A stretch of 20,000 nt of DNA from the IMG/VR virus record IMGVR_UViG_3300030389_004188. One strand, given 5' to 3'. The notes below the pieces were generated by a model. It was not told the DNA's origin and did not search any database. It was given only the letters and a program-made list of their open reading frames with translations. Position 1 is the first letter of the stretch. Each line of letters starts with the position of its first letter. A program made the translations under genes and the position numbers. Shown piece after piece: positions 8,295 through 16,985 of the stretch. The stretch is from an uncultured virus (IMG/VR IMGVR_UViG_3300030389_004188). Lineage: Duplodnaviria > Heunggongvirae > Uroviricota > Caudoviricetes.

Positions 8295-9031
8295 AAAAAA
8301 CTATAGTAGTTGGAACAGGAAGATGTGGTACACGAGGGTTTGCAAAAGCCTTTGGTGGAGTTCACGAGTATAAAACATTCGAGAGATTTCATCCATTATA
8401 TGTTAGGATGAACACTGCAGTTCGTAATCCATTTCCAAGATTTGAAGACAGACTTTATAGTTCAAAGTTGATGTATCACGACTTAGAACAATTACATCCA
8501 CATAAAGAATCATTTATGAATGTAGATAATTCTATGACTTGGTTGGTAGATGGAATCTATAAATTCTTTGAGGGTGATGTGAAGTTTATTTTATTAGTAA
8601 GAGATGGTAGAGATTTTGTTACATCAGCCGTAAATAGAGGATGGGCAGAGAGAGTAGAGTTAGACCATTATCCATTAGAGGGTGATTTGGTTAGAGACAG
8701 ATGGGACAATATGTCTTTGATTGGAAAGGCATCTTGGATGTGGAATGAAAGAAATAGAAGGGCACTAAATTATTTGGCAGAGATACCAGAAGATAGTTGG
8801 AAAGTACACAGAATCGAGGATTCAACAGAAGAGAGTTTGAAAGAGTTATCAGTATGGTGTGAACAACCATTAGTTGATTCCAATCAGATTTTGAAAGGTA
8901 ATGAGAATACAAACATTGGAAGTGGAAGGTATAATAAGAAAATAGAAAACCACCAAAGATGGAATGAAAAAGAAAAATTAGACTTTTGGGAATACTCTCA
9001 AGAGTTACAGGAGTATTTTGGATATGAGTAA
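8291..9031 (+). CDS. PAPS-dependent sulfotransferase family protein
   Basis: 5'-PSB loop IVVGTGRCGT and 3'-PB motif KFILLVRDGRDFVTS, then W.E.N, HRIED and C-terminal YFGY. Start placed at ATG 8291 (ATGA overlap). Confidence 0.82.
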   Translation: MKKTIVVGTGRCGTRGFAKAFGGVHEYKTFERFHPLYVRMNTAVRNPFPRFEDRLYSSKLMYHDLEQLHPHKESFMNVDNSMTWLVDGIYKFFEGDVKFILLVRDGRDFVTSAVNRGWAERVELDHYPLEGDLVRDRWDNMSLIGKASWMWNERNRRALNYLAEIPEDSWKVHRIEDSTEESLKELSVWCEQPLVDSNQILKGNENTNIGSGRYNKKIENHQRWNEKEKLDFWEYSQELQEYFGYE

Positions 9032-9773
9032 AGTATTATTTGTAATACCCACAACTGCAAGAAGATTGAAGTTGTTATCTAATGTAGTACAAGAGGTATT
9101 GGATAAAAATAAAAACCACGAGTGTGAATTTATTGTGGTAAAAAATGGTAATTTTCCTGAAGATGTATATGATGAGTTTGAATTACAACCAGAAGTAATC
9201 AAAGAAAGGTCAGAACCTGCAGCAAATATTGCAGTGGCAATAAACAAAGGACTTTCATATCAAAGAGATGACCACGATTGGGTAGTTATACTTGAGGACG
9301 ATTTTTTAATACATAAGGAGAATTGGATTGATACTTATATAAAAGTTATGGAGTCAAAAGATAAATGTGGTTGTATTGGTTCACGAGTTCACGGAAAACA
9401 AAGTAAGATGAGAGTACCAAGTTTACAATTTGAGTCACCTCAATCGTTTGAAGTTTTTTGGACAGATGGGGTAAACTTTCTAAGGCCAGAAATTACTTGG
9501 GACCATAAATTAGATGAACAATTTTGGGGAAACTCAGAAGTACCAGATTATTGTGTAACACTTATAGACCACGGTTGGGAAAATTGGTATGTTTATGTTG
9601 AACACACTCACGACACAATATCAGAAGAAAAGAAATATGAATATTCAGAAACACATATCAATCAGTTTGCAAACAGAGGTAAGTTGTGGACTAAATGGTG
9701 TGAGACAGATAATGATAAAATTTTTACTTATGTGATGATGGATTTAGTAGAGGACAGACAATATGCAGAATAA
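9024..9773 (+). CDS. GT2-like (GT-A) glycosyltransferase
   Basis: FVIPT, FIVVKNG, AVAINKGL, WVVILEDD. AGGAG SD at 9009-9013. Confidence 0.75.
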   Translation: MSKVLFVIPTTARRLKLLSNVVQEVLDKNKNHECEFIVVKNGNFPEDVYDEFELQPEVIKERSEPAANIAVAINKGLSYQRDDHDWVVILEDDFLIHKENWIDTYIKVMESKDKCGCIGSRVHGKQSKMRVPSLQFESPQSFEVFWTDGVNFLRPEITWDHKLDEQFWGNSEVPDYCVTLIDHGWENWYVYVEHTHDTISEEKKYEYSETHINQFANRGKLWTKWCETDNDKIFTYVMMDLVEDRQYAE

Positions 9774-10608
9774 AAATCTTGTATGGTTGAATGGTATAGT
9801 ACCAACAGACCCTATGATTAGAAGAAAATACGGGTTTGATAACATAGATTGGATTGAGTTATCAAAGTATTATTGGAGTAAGTATTGTGAGATACACGAT
9901 GGTATAGATTTATATCATTATGAAAAAGTTAGTCCACCATATACAAATACAAATAAACATAGAGTACCTTGGACACGATGGTTTGACCAAATAAAATTTC
10001 TTGAAAGACCAGAGAACTCTCATTACGAAAAAGTGTACTCAGTTGATGCAAGTACATTGATAAATTTGAAAGAATGTCCTAATATATTTACACGAACCGA
10101 AAGAGAACCCGACAATGACTTTTGGGGTACTCGTGACTTTGCAAATCTTGGGTGGACATATGATGGTATTGTTGGTTATGAAGACATATGTAATTACAAT
10201 AATATAAAATATGACCACACGAGATACTTTGCTGCTGGGCATGTCTTGTATGATGTGAAGAAAATGTTACCTATGTTGAAAAAATTAGAGAAGTTTTACA
10301 ACGATAATATGGAAGTAATACTTGAGAAACAAAATCACTCTGTTAGAAAAGGTACAGACCAAGTAGTATTCAATTGGTTAGTTCAATCAGAGGGAATCAA
10401 ATATGACTTATCTTTATTGGATGTTAGGTATCAGGCAACACATTTCAAACGATATGAATGGGATAAGGCAGCAGATGGATACTTGAGACAAAATTATATA
10501 TTATCTATTTCAGGTATGTCAAAGAAAGACGAAAGAGGTATTTTGATGAAAGAGTTACACGAGTTACTACTAAATCTTTATCCAGACTATATAGGAGCTG
10601 TAAAATGA
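9763..10608 (+). CDS. GT8-like (GT-A) glycosyltransferase, divergent
   Basis: YSVDAS (degenerate DxD), YFAAG, GTDQVVFNWL. Colinear with the downstream GT8 protein. Confidence 0.6.
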   Translation: MQNKNLVWLNGIVPTDPMIRRKYGFDNIDWIELSKYYWSKYCEIHDGIDLYHYEKVSPPYTNTNKHRVPWTRWFDQIKFLERPENSHYEKVYSVDASTLINLKECPNIFTRTEREPDNDFWGTRDFANLGWTYDGIVGYEDICNYNNIKYDHTRYFAAGHVLYDVKKMLPMLKKLEKFYNDNMEVILEKQNHSVRKGTDQVVFNWLVQSEGIKYDLSLLDVRYQATHFKRYEWDKAADGYLRQNYILSISGMSKKDERGILMKELHELLLNLYPDYIGAVK

Positions 10609-11336
10609 ATGTAGTTTTTATGATTGATATACAAAATGACGATAGGTCAAAAAACACACCTTACAAATTGAGTCAAGAAGTGTGGAAGGCTTGGATAGAA
10701 GATAAACCTGATACAGAATTATTTGTATTGAATGAACCACTATTTGATGACCCAAACATAAGACCTAATTTTTACAAAATGTATTTTCCTCAGTTGATGG
10801 AGGCTACAGGACAAGAATGGGACAAATGTTTGTATGTAGATTCAGATACAATTCCCTCACCAGACTTACCAAATATATTTGATGTGGTTGGTGATAAATT
10901 TGGTGTGGTTAGAAACTTTGGTTCGTGTGAATGGGTAGTGAGGTCAATATTGAATTGGAGAAACAATTTATTTCCTGAAGAACCAATACTAAATTACTCA
11001 AGGTATTTCAATTCTGGTATGATGGTATTTTCAAAACACCATACTGAATTTTTTGAAAAGGCACAAGAATGTTTTACAGAAAACTTTGCAAAAATTATGG
11101 GGTTGGTAAGACTTGGGTGTGGTATAGACCAAACTATGTTGAACTTTTTGACAAGAAAACACAATGTAGATATGATGTGGTTACCATATGAATATAATAT
11201 GCAAGACCTAATAAGATTTGAAGTACCAGAAGATTGGCCAGGATACATATGGCATTTCAATGCCATACCCAATGACCCACAAAAACATCATACTAATATA
11301 TTGATGCAAACAAAGGCAAATTACTTATGGAGATAA
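10605..11336 (+). CDS. GT8-family glycosyltransferase
   Basis: LYVDSD, YFNSGMMVF, DQTMLNFL, LPYEYN and IWHFN: the full set of GT8 motifs. Confidence 0.87.
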   Translation: MNVVFMIDIQNDDRSKNTPYKLSQEVWKAWIEDKPDTELFVLNEPLFDDPNIRPNFYKMYFPQLMEATGQEWDKCLYVDSDTIPSPDLPNIFDVVGDKFGVVRNFGSCEWVVRSILNWRNNLFPEEPILNYSRYFNSGMMVFSKHHTEFFEKAQECFTENFAKIMGLVRLGCGIDQTMLNFLTRKHNVDMMWLPYEYNMQDLIRFEVPEDWPGYIWHFNAIPNDPQKHHTNILMQTKANYLWR

Positions 11337-12331
11337 AATATAGATACATTGTAGGTTGTCACATAATGTTTTATGAAATTGATATGATAACCGAGTATAT
11401 AGATTCTCTTGTACAATGGGACTATATAACTAATAAAGAAAATATAACTATAGATTTATTTTATAATATGAGTCAGTATTTTGAAAAGATGGATACTGAT
11501 AAAGTAAAGAAACACGAATTTTTAATTAGGTTCAAACGACAAGTTGCGAGACTTGAATCATTAGGATTTCTTGTTGAGTATGAGGTTTATGATGATGATG
11601 AAACACCATACACAATGTCAGACTATCGTAGAGACCTAAATTATAAATCTGTAAACTCACTCAAATATGATTATACGATATGGGGTGAAAGTGATTGTTT
11701 ACTACCAAAAGAAATGTTACCAACACTTGACCACATAATGGATAACTCACCAGTACCAAGATACATTGTGACATTTGCCATAAGAAAGATGTGGGATGAT
11801 AGTTGGAGAGTATTAGAACATCCAAAGTTTACTGATAGTCCATTTTATGAAATGGCTGACCCAAAAGCACTTACAGAAGATTCGTCAATCAGAAATACTA
11901 TGAGTCTCGAAAGAATGAATGAGATAAATTCAGAGACAGATGGTGATTTATCAGTATACGATTTGAATTTTCCAAAGTTTGATGGTAGTGGATTGGTAAT
12001 GACCAATCAATTATTGATGACAGGTTGTAATATACCAAAGTCTGTTTTTATGAATGGTGATGATACTGCATTCTTGGAGAGTGTGAGATTACATATGGGT
12101 AATCAGTATAAACAATATGTTGTGAAGAATATTCTAAAGGTTCATAATAGAAATCATCCAAACAAACGATTTTATGTAAAGGGTGAGGACGATACCAAAC
12201 AATCACATTTCAAAAGACAAACAAATTGGTATAAAGAATTCAATGTGTTATCAAAAGGTAATTTGAATAATTTATATCACAATCAAAAGAGGTTTCTAAC
12301 ATATGAAGACTTTAGAAAAACCAAAACATAA
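11327..12331 (+). CDS. Hypothetical protein, possible GT-A-fold glycosyltransferase
   Basis: YDYTIWGESDCLLP (ExD-like), NGDDTAF, KVHNRNHP; lies between glycosyltransferase genes. Confidence 0.5.
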   Translation: MEIKYRYIVGCHIMFYEIDMITEYIDSLVQWDYITNKENITIDLFYNMSQYFEKMDTDKVKKHEFLIRFKRQVARLESLGFLVEYEVYDDDETPYTMSDYRRDLNYKSVNSLKYDYTIWGESDCLLPKEMLPTLDHIMDNSPVPRYIVTFAIRKMWDDSWRVLEHPKFTDSPFYEMADPKALTEDSSIRNTMSLERMNEINSETDGDLSVYDLNFPKFDGSGLVMTNQLLMTGCNIPKSVFMNGDDTAFLESVRLHMGNQYKQYVVKNILKVHNRNHPNKRFYVKGEDDTKQSHFKRQTNWYKEFNVLSKGNLNNLYHNQKRFLTYEDFRKTKT

Positions 12332-13295
12332 AGTAGCATTTTTTAGTGAGATGGGATTCACGAGTAAAGTCACTCGTGAACACGCTAATATGAGAACAGA
12401 ATTTGCATGGTTTTGTGCACTTGATGCCGACCATTATCCATTATCAGAAGATGTTGGAGAGGGTTGGAATAAAGATGGTATGGGTGAATATGATTTTGGA
12501 ATAGTAATCATACCAAAGAATTACATACCATTCAAAATGGATAACATAAAAAGGATGTGTAAAAAAGTTGGATTTATGCAAGAAGGTCCAAGTTGGTATT
12601 TTCAAGACCTACCATTTGCAGAACAAATTCATATGGTAAATAATATGACTTCTGCAGATTTTATATTTGCACATAATGATAGAGATGCAAAATACTATGA
12701 AGGTCTTTTAGGTAAACCAACTTTCATAAACCCAACACTTATGATAACAGATTTGTTAGATGACTTGCCACATAAAGATAAAGACGATAAAGTATTGGTA
12801 GGTGGTAATTTTGTTAGATGGTATGGTGGTTGGAATTCTTTTATAGTTGCAAGAGATTTAGGAGTACCAATTTGGTTACCAAGTATGGGTAAGATGAACG
12901 AACAAGAAAAATATTTTGAAGAGGTCAATCATTTACCTTATATGGATTGGTTTGGTTGGATGAAATCAATACGAGACTTCAAGTACGCAGTTCATTTGAA
13001 TCCAAATACAATCGGTGGTACATTTTATTTGAATTGTGCGTATTGGGGAATACCTTGTGTTGGAAATAAACATACCAATACACAATGGAAATGTTTTCCA
13101 GAAACATCAGTAGAACCAGATGACTTATTAGGAGCAAAAAAACTTGTAAAGAAGTTACGAGACAATAAACACTTCTATAATTCTGTATCAAAACAGGCAA
13201 AATATAATTTTAATAAACATTTTGGAGAAGAAGTATATATTTATATAATGAATAGGAGATTCGATGAAATCAATAAGTTACATACTACCAAGTAG
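12303..13295 (+). CDS. Putative GT-B (GT4-like) glycosyltransferase
   Basis: ADFIFAHN, and C-terminal GTFYLNCAYWGIPCVG and VEPDDL..AKKLVKKL resembling the GT4 nucleotide-binding region. Confidence 0.6.
   Translation: MKTLEKPKHKVAFFSEMGFTSKVTREHANMRTEFAWFCALDADHYPLSEDVGEGWNKDGMGEYDFGIVIIPKNYIPFKMDNIKRMCKKVGFMQEGPSWYFQDLPFAEQIHMVNNMTSADFIFAHNDRDAKYYEGLLGKPTFINPTLMITDLLDDLPHKDKDDKVLVGGNFVRWYGGWNSFIVARDLGVPIWLPSMGKMNEQEKYFEEVNHLPYMDWFGWMKSIRDFKYAVHLNPNTIGGTFYLNCAYWGIPCVGNKHTNTQWKCFPETSVEPDDLLGAKKLVKKLRDNKHFYNSVSKQAKYNFNKHFGEEVYIYIMNRRFDEINKLHTTK
13236..13248 (+). promoter_or_regulatory. Putative phage late promoter TATATTTATATAA inside the upstream CDS
   Basis: 13-mer identical to 16944-16956, followed by an AGGAG SD and ATG 13264. 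Confidence 0.55.
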
Positions 13296-14511
13296 AAATA
13301 ATCTAAAATATCTAAAACAGGCATACGAAAGTATACGAAAGAACTCTTCACTACCATATGAAATTTGTATCGCGAGTGATGCAAGTACGGATGGTACGGT
13401 TGAATGGGTTCAAAGTATAATGAAAGAAGATGAGAATGTAAAACTTCATATCAATGAAGGTCCTGAGAGACTTGGACATACTATATTATACGATACACTA
13501 ATAAATGAATATGCAACAAATGATATTGTTATGATATTTCACGCGGATATGTATCTAACACCCAATTCAGATAAAGAAATTGATAGACTATTAGAAAAGG
13601 GAAAAGTAGTATCATTCACAAGAATAGAACCACCACTACATCCTGATGGGCCAGAGAAAATATTATTAGACTTTGGTATAGAACCAGAAGAGTTCAAAGA
13701 AGAGGAATTATTAAAAACGGTGGAAGATTTACAGACAGGAAGGGATGGAATCAAGTATGGCCCTCTCTTATTGAATCACGATAGAACCAATGGTATATTC
13801 GCACCTTGGGCTATATATAAAGAGGACTTTCAATCTATCGGTGGACACGACCCACTCTACGCTCCTCAATCAAAAGAAGACTCTGATATATTCAATCGTT
13901 TCAAACTAAATGGTTACGAGTTTATACAAACTTGGAAAGGATTTGTATATCATATGACTTGTAGAGGTTCACGATTCAAAGATGGGGCCATACGAAATCC
14001 TAGCGGACAAGTTTTTATGAGAAATAGAGAATCGGATGAGTGGTTGAAACAGAATGAAAGAAGTACAAGAAATTTTGTTCGTAAATGGGGACACTTAGTA
14101 AAACACGATGAAAAATTACATCCTATCATTCCACCAAAATATAATGTTGGTTTTGTGGTAGAGAATTGTAACTATGAATTTCTAAGAGAATTAGAGCCGT
14201 GGTGTGATAACATATATGGTGATTGGGTTGGACATAAAGGTATTTATGTAAACAAATACATTGAGGATGAACAACCAAATACTCAGTTTGATTTGAGTAA
14301 AAGAATTAGAACACAACATACTAATCCAACAAATAACATCGTGATTAGATTCGATTGTAGTAAAGTTACACAACAGAGTTTCGATATAATTGTAAATTTA
14401 TCAGAGATACTACAAGAAAGTGCAGAGTTAGGTACTATGGAATTAGACATATTCAACTTTGAAATAAAGTCTTTGAAGACATATGAAAAGGATTTGATTG
14501 TATGTCAATAA
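13264..14511 (+). CDS. GT2-family glycosyltransferase with C-terminal extension
   Basis: ISYILPSRN, IASDASTDGT, IFHADM, F.SIGGHD, EDSDIFNR, VYH. AGGAG SD at 13254-13258. Confidence 0.9.
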   Translation: MKSISYILPSRNNLKYLKQAYESIRKNSSLPYEICIASDASTDGTVEWVQSIMKEDENVKLHINEGPERLGHTILYDTLINEYATNDIVMIFHADMYLTPNSDKEIDRLLEKGKVVSFTRIEPPLHPDGPEKILLDFGIEPEEFKEEELLKTVEDLQTGRDGIKYGPLLLNHDRTNGIFAPWAIYKEDFQSIGGHDPLYAPQSKEDSDIFNRFKLNGYEFIQTWKGFVYHMTCRGSRFKDGAIRNPSGQVFMRNRESDEWLKQNERSTRNFVRKWGHLVKHDEKLHPIIPPKYNVGFVVENCNYEFLRELEPWCDNIYGDWVGHKGIYVNKYIEDEQPNTQFDLSKRIRTQHTNPTNNIVIRFDCSKVTQQSFDIIVNLSEILQESAELGTMELDIFNFEIKSLKTYEKDLIVCQ

Positions 14512-14795
14512 GAAAATCTTATTACAAAGATTATCTATCACTACATAAAAATAGAAAGAATCGTAGACTACATTTTATAGGTCAATGGGTCACACTATTT
14601 GTTGTTAGTTATATGTTTTATAGTGGATTTTATTGGTTACTACCAATCATACCATTTATAATCTATCCATTTGCTTGGACAGGACATTATTTGTATGAGA
14701 AGAACGAACCAGCAGCCTTTCATAATCCAATAAAGGCTAAAATATCAGATTGGATTATGTTTTGGGATATACTAAAGGGTAAGATAAAGATATGA
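14502..14795 (+). CDS. DUF962 / Mpo1-like membrane protein
   Basis: YLSLH.N..NRRLHFIG, two hydrophobic segments, AWTGHYLYEKNEPAAF, DWIMF.DIL.GKI. Confidence 0.88.
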   Translation: MSIRKSYYKDYLSLHKNRKNRRLHFIGQWVTLFVVSYMFYSGFYWLLPIIPFIIYPFAWTGHYLYEKNEPAAFHNPIKAKISDWIMFWDILKGKIKI

Positions 14796-15034
14796 CATAC
14801 TTTTTGATGCACAAATTTGAGTCAAAAGAAAATCTGATGTATAGTAGTAACATATTAGGAGAAGAGAGTTTGGGTACTTTTTATCCTGAACAAGGATGGG
14901 TGGCACTACATAATATGATGAATAACCACGCAGAAATGTTGGAGAACTACATTATACTTGATGAAAAGGGTAAGAAATATACTATGACAGAGTTTCTTGA
15001 TGTTGTAGAAAAATTAAAAATAAAAAGGGCTTGA
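14792..15034 (+). CDS. Hypothetical protein (80 aa)
   Basis: ATGA-coupled to the upstream gene; last gene of the coupled run. Confidence 0.75.
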   Translation: MTYFLMHKFESKENLMYSSNILGEESLGTFYPEQGWVALHNMMNNHAEMLENYIILDEKGKKYTMTEFLDVVEKLKIKRA

Positions 15035-15059
15035 CTTTATATAATATTATTCGTAACTT
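15031..15059 (+). promoter_or_regulatory. Sigma70-type promoter (-35 TTGACT, 17-bp spacer, -10 TAACTT)
   Basis: TTGACT at 15031-15036 and TAACTT at 15054-15059, with an A-tract upstream, AGGAG SD at 15062-15066 and ATG at 15073. Sits in the first sizeable intergenic gap. Confidence 0.65.
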
Positions 15060-15072
15060 ATAGGAGTAAAAA

Positions 15073-15258
15073 ATGAGTAATAATGATGGTTTTATGAATT
15101 ACGAAGAACTCGCAGAACGACTTGAAGAAGAGAGTTTCAGTATAAAAACCAACACAAAAAAACATCCAAAGAAAAAGAAAAAGTCTTGGGTAAAAAGTAA
15201 AGGAACGAAAAATGAGAAACCTCAGTATAATAAAAAAGGTAATCGTAAACGGATTTAG
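15073..15258 (+). CDS. Small protein with acidic N-terminus and Lys-rich tail (61 aa)
   Basis: Strong SD, directly behind the promoter; KKHPKKKKKS tract. Confidence 0.65.
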   Translation: MSNNDGFMNYEELAERLEEESFSIKTNTKKHPKKKKKSWVKSKGTKNEKPQYNKKGNRKRI

Positions 15259-15817
15259 TTTATCACTACTACTTCTGATTGGATGTGAATTAGATCCTGT
15301 CGGTGGTTATTATGTTTGGGATGAGGACTGCCAATGTGAAGTCCATATATCAGAGTACGAAAAAAACTCTGATTTTGAAGTTGAACTATTTATTGATGGT
15401 AGAGCACCTATTGATGATAATGGGTATTACCATTTGACATTGAGTCGTACAAACTGGCAAACTCTACATAGAATGGAAATGACATTGTTATATGATGGAG
15501 AACCCGCTCAATATAAAAATTTAGCCTTTCGTTCCAATTTATTTTGGGAGTTAGGTGACACACTTGGATATATACATACAATAGGATTGACAGATGATAT
15601 GGTATATGTTTCTGTTGATACAAGTTATATTATATTACCAGGTGATAATGTTGTACCTACATCAAATCAAAAATCTATAACAGATGATGAGGGAGTGACA
15701 AGTAATATGTTGGCACCTGTACAAAGTATGGTTGGTGACACTATGAATGTTAGTGTTTATTATAGAGATGGTAAAGGTGAGGTACAAAGAAAAGAAATCA
15801 ATTATGTTTTAGAATAG
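15212..15817 (+). CDS. Putative lipoprotein, beta-rich
   Basis: Basic N-region, hydrophobic LSLLLLIG and lipobox Cys (LIGC). Confidence 0.65.
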   Translation: MRNLSIIKKVIVNGFSLSLLLLIGCELDPVGGYYVWDEDCQCEVHISEYEKNSDFEVELFIDGRAPIDDNGYYHLTLSRTNWQTLHRMEMTLLYDGEPAQYKNLAFRSNLFWELGDTLGYIHTIGLTDDMVYVSVDTSYIILPGDNVVPTSNQKSITDDEGVTSNMLAPVQSMVGDTMNVSVYYRDGKGEVQRKEINYVLE

Positions 15818-15827
15818 GAGTCTAATA

Positions 15828-16091
15828 ATGAAGTTTCTACTTGTAGACAAGTATGATAATATAGTGACATCAGTAAATCTTGCGAGTAATGTTGGAATAA
15901 ATGGAGCGAAAACTTATTTCAAAGGTGTAAAACTAATGCCTAAAGATGAAGATTTTGATAAGTTATGGCGAGTTATGACAGAAGAACAATATGATACGAA
16001 CTTCAAAAGTAATTTACAAAACAGGCAAAATAAACAATACGAATGGTGGAAAGATGAACCAAAAGGTCCCGATGATGGGATAGATTATTAG
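15828..16091 (+). CDS. Hypothetical protein (87 aa)
   Basis: AGGAG SD overlapping the upstream stop codon. Confidence 0.75.
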   Translation: MKFLLVDKYDNIVTSVNLASNVGINGAKTYFKGVKLMPKDEDFDKLWRVMTEEQYDTNFKSNLQNRQNKQYEWWKDEPKGPDDGIDY

Positions 16092-16100
16092 GGTAAAATT

Positions 16101-16430
16101 ATGGCAAATAAAAAGAGTAAGTTGGATACATCAAAGGTCTTGAAAAAAGTTTTAGAGGCACCTGAGGATATCGGACAAGACTATTTAGATAAAGAAGAAC
16201 TAAAAGAACTACTCGATACTATACCAGAACTCGCAGAAGAGTTGAATGATTTGGTGGATGAGATGAGTAGTCTCGGTAAAGAAATTGTAGAAGATTTTGG
16301 TATCGATGAAGATAATGATAACTCTGATGTAATAGTACAAGTACATCAAGATTCACCTATATTGGAAGAAGATGGGAAAGAAGATAAACATATCAAGTCT
16401 GGGAACTCCGAAGAATCCGTTCAGAAGTAA
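16101..16430 (+). CDS. Acidic hypothetical protein (109 aa)
   Basis: ORF in an operon-like arrangement; D/E-rich and probably helical. Confidence 0.7.
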   Translation: MANKKSKLDTSKVLKKVLEAPEDIGQDYLDKEELKELLDTIPELAEELNDLVDEMSSLGKEIVEDFGIDEDNDNSDVIVQVHQDSPILEEDGKEDKHIKSGNSEESVQK

Positions 16431-16941
16431 ACCAATACCAAAAGGTAGGATAGAATGGGCAATAGAGAATTCTGTGTCGATGAAATCTGCTGCTCGATTG
16501 TTGGGTGTAAATTATAATACATTCAAAAAGTATGCCAAATTATATGATGTGTTCAATCCAAAACCAGATAGAAGTGGAATACCCTCGACAGGAAATAGTG
16601 GATGGAATGCTGGTGGGGCTAAATTAGAAGATTTATTGGGTGGTAAACATCCAAATTATCCACATTGGAAACTACAAGAAAGACTTATCAAAGAGGGATA
16701 TATAAAACAAGAGTGCAGTAATTGTGGGTATGATGAGGTAAGACCACAAGACTATCAAGGGCCATATTTATTGAATTTTCTTGATGGTGATGGAAAGAAT
16801 CATAAGTTAGAGAACCTATCACTATTATGTTATAATTGTTTCTTTCTAATGAAACCTGCAGGTAAGGTATTATCCACACCAAAAAATATTGTCCACTTAC
16901 GAAATAAATTGATGAAGGCTTTTGACGAAGATTCTAATTAG
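16372..16941 (+). CDS. HTH domain fused to a zinc-binding HNH-like domain lacking catalytic His
   Basis: SMKSAARLLGVNYNTFKKYA (HTH); CSNCG...LNFLDGDGKNHKLENLSLLCYNCF (HNH scaffold with two CxxC motifs). Confidence 0.75.
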   Translation: MGKKINISSLGTPKNPFRSKPIPKGRIEWAIENSVSMKSAARLLGVNYNTFKKYAKLYDVFNPKPDRSGIPSTGNSGWNAGGAKLEDLLGGKHPNYPHWKLQERLIKEGYIKQECSNCGYDEVRPQDYQGPYLLNFLDGDGKNHKLENLSLLCYNCFFLMKPAGKVLSTPKNIVHLRNKLMKAFDEDSN

Positions 16942-16943
16942 GT

Positions 16944-16956
16944 TATATTTATATAA
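16944..16956 (+). promoter_or_regulatory. Putative phage late promoter TATATTTATATAA
   Basis: Intergenic, upstream of the AGGAG SD (16975-16979) and ATG 16986. The motif recurs at other unit starts. Confidence 0.6.
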
Positions 16957-16985
16957 GAATACAACAACTTATTTAGGAGAAAATA

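Noticed and set aside
6121..9023. Track start sites at 6121, 8276 and 9018 (and 24)
   Set aside because: ATGA coupling or SD position favours 6151, 8291 and 9024; the first ORF begins before the window.
1..15034. Ordinary bacterial O-antigen or capsule locus
   Set aside because: No flippase, polymerase, chain-length regulator or housekeeping flank in view, and the neighbours are phage-like. Not fully excluded, because the cluster extends beyond the left edge.
16372..16941. Active mobile homing endonuclease or intron
   Set aside because: The catalytic His residues are missing, and no interrupted gene or intron structure flanks it.
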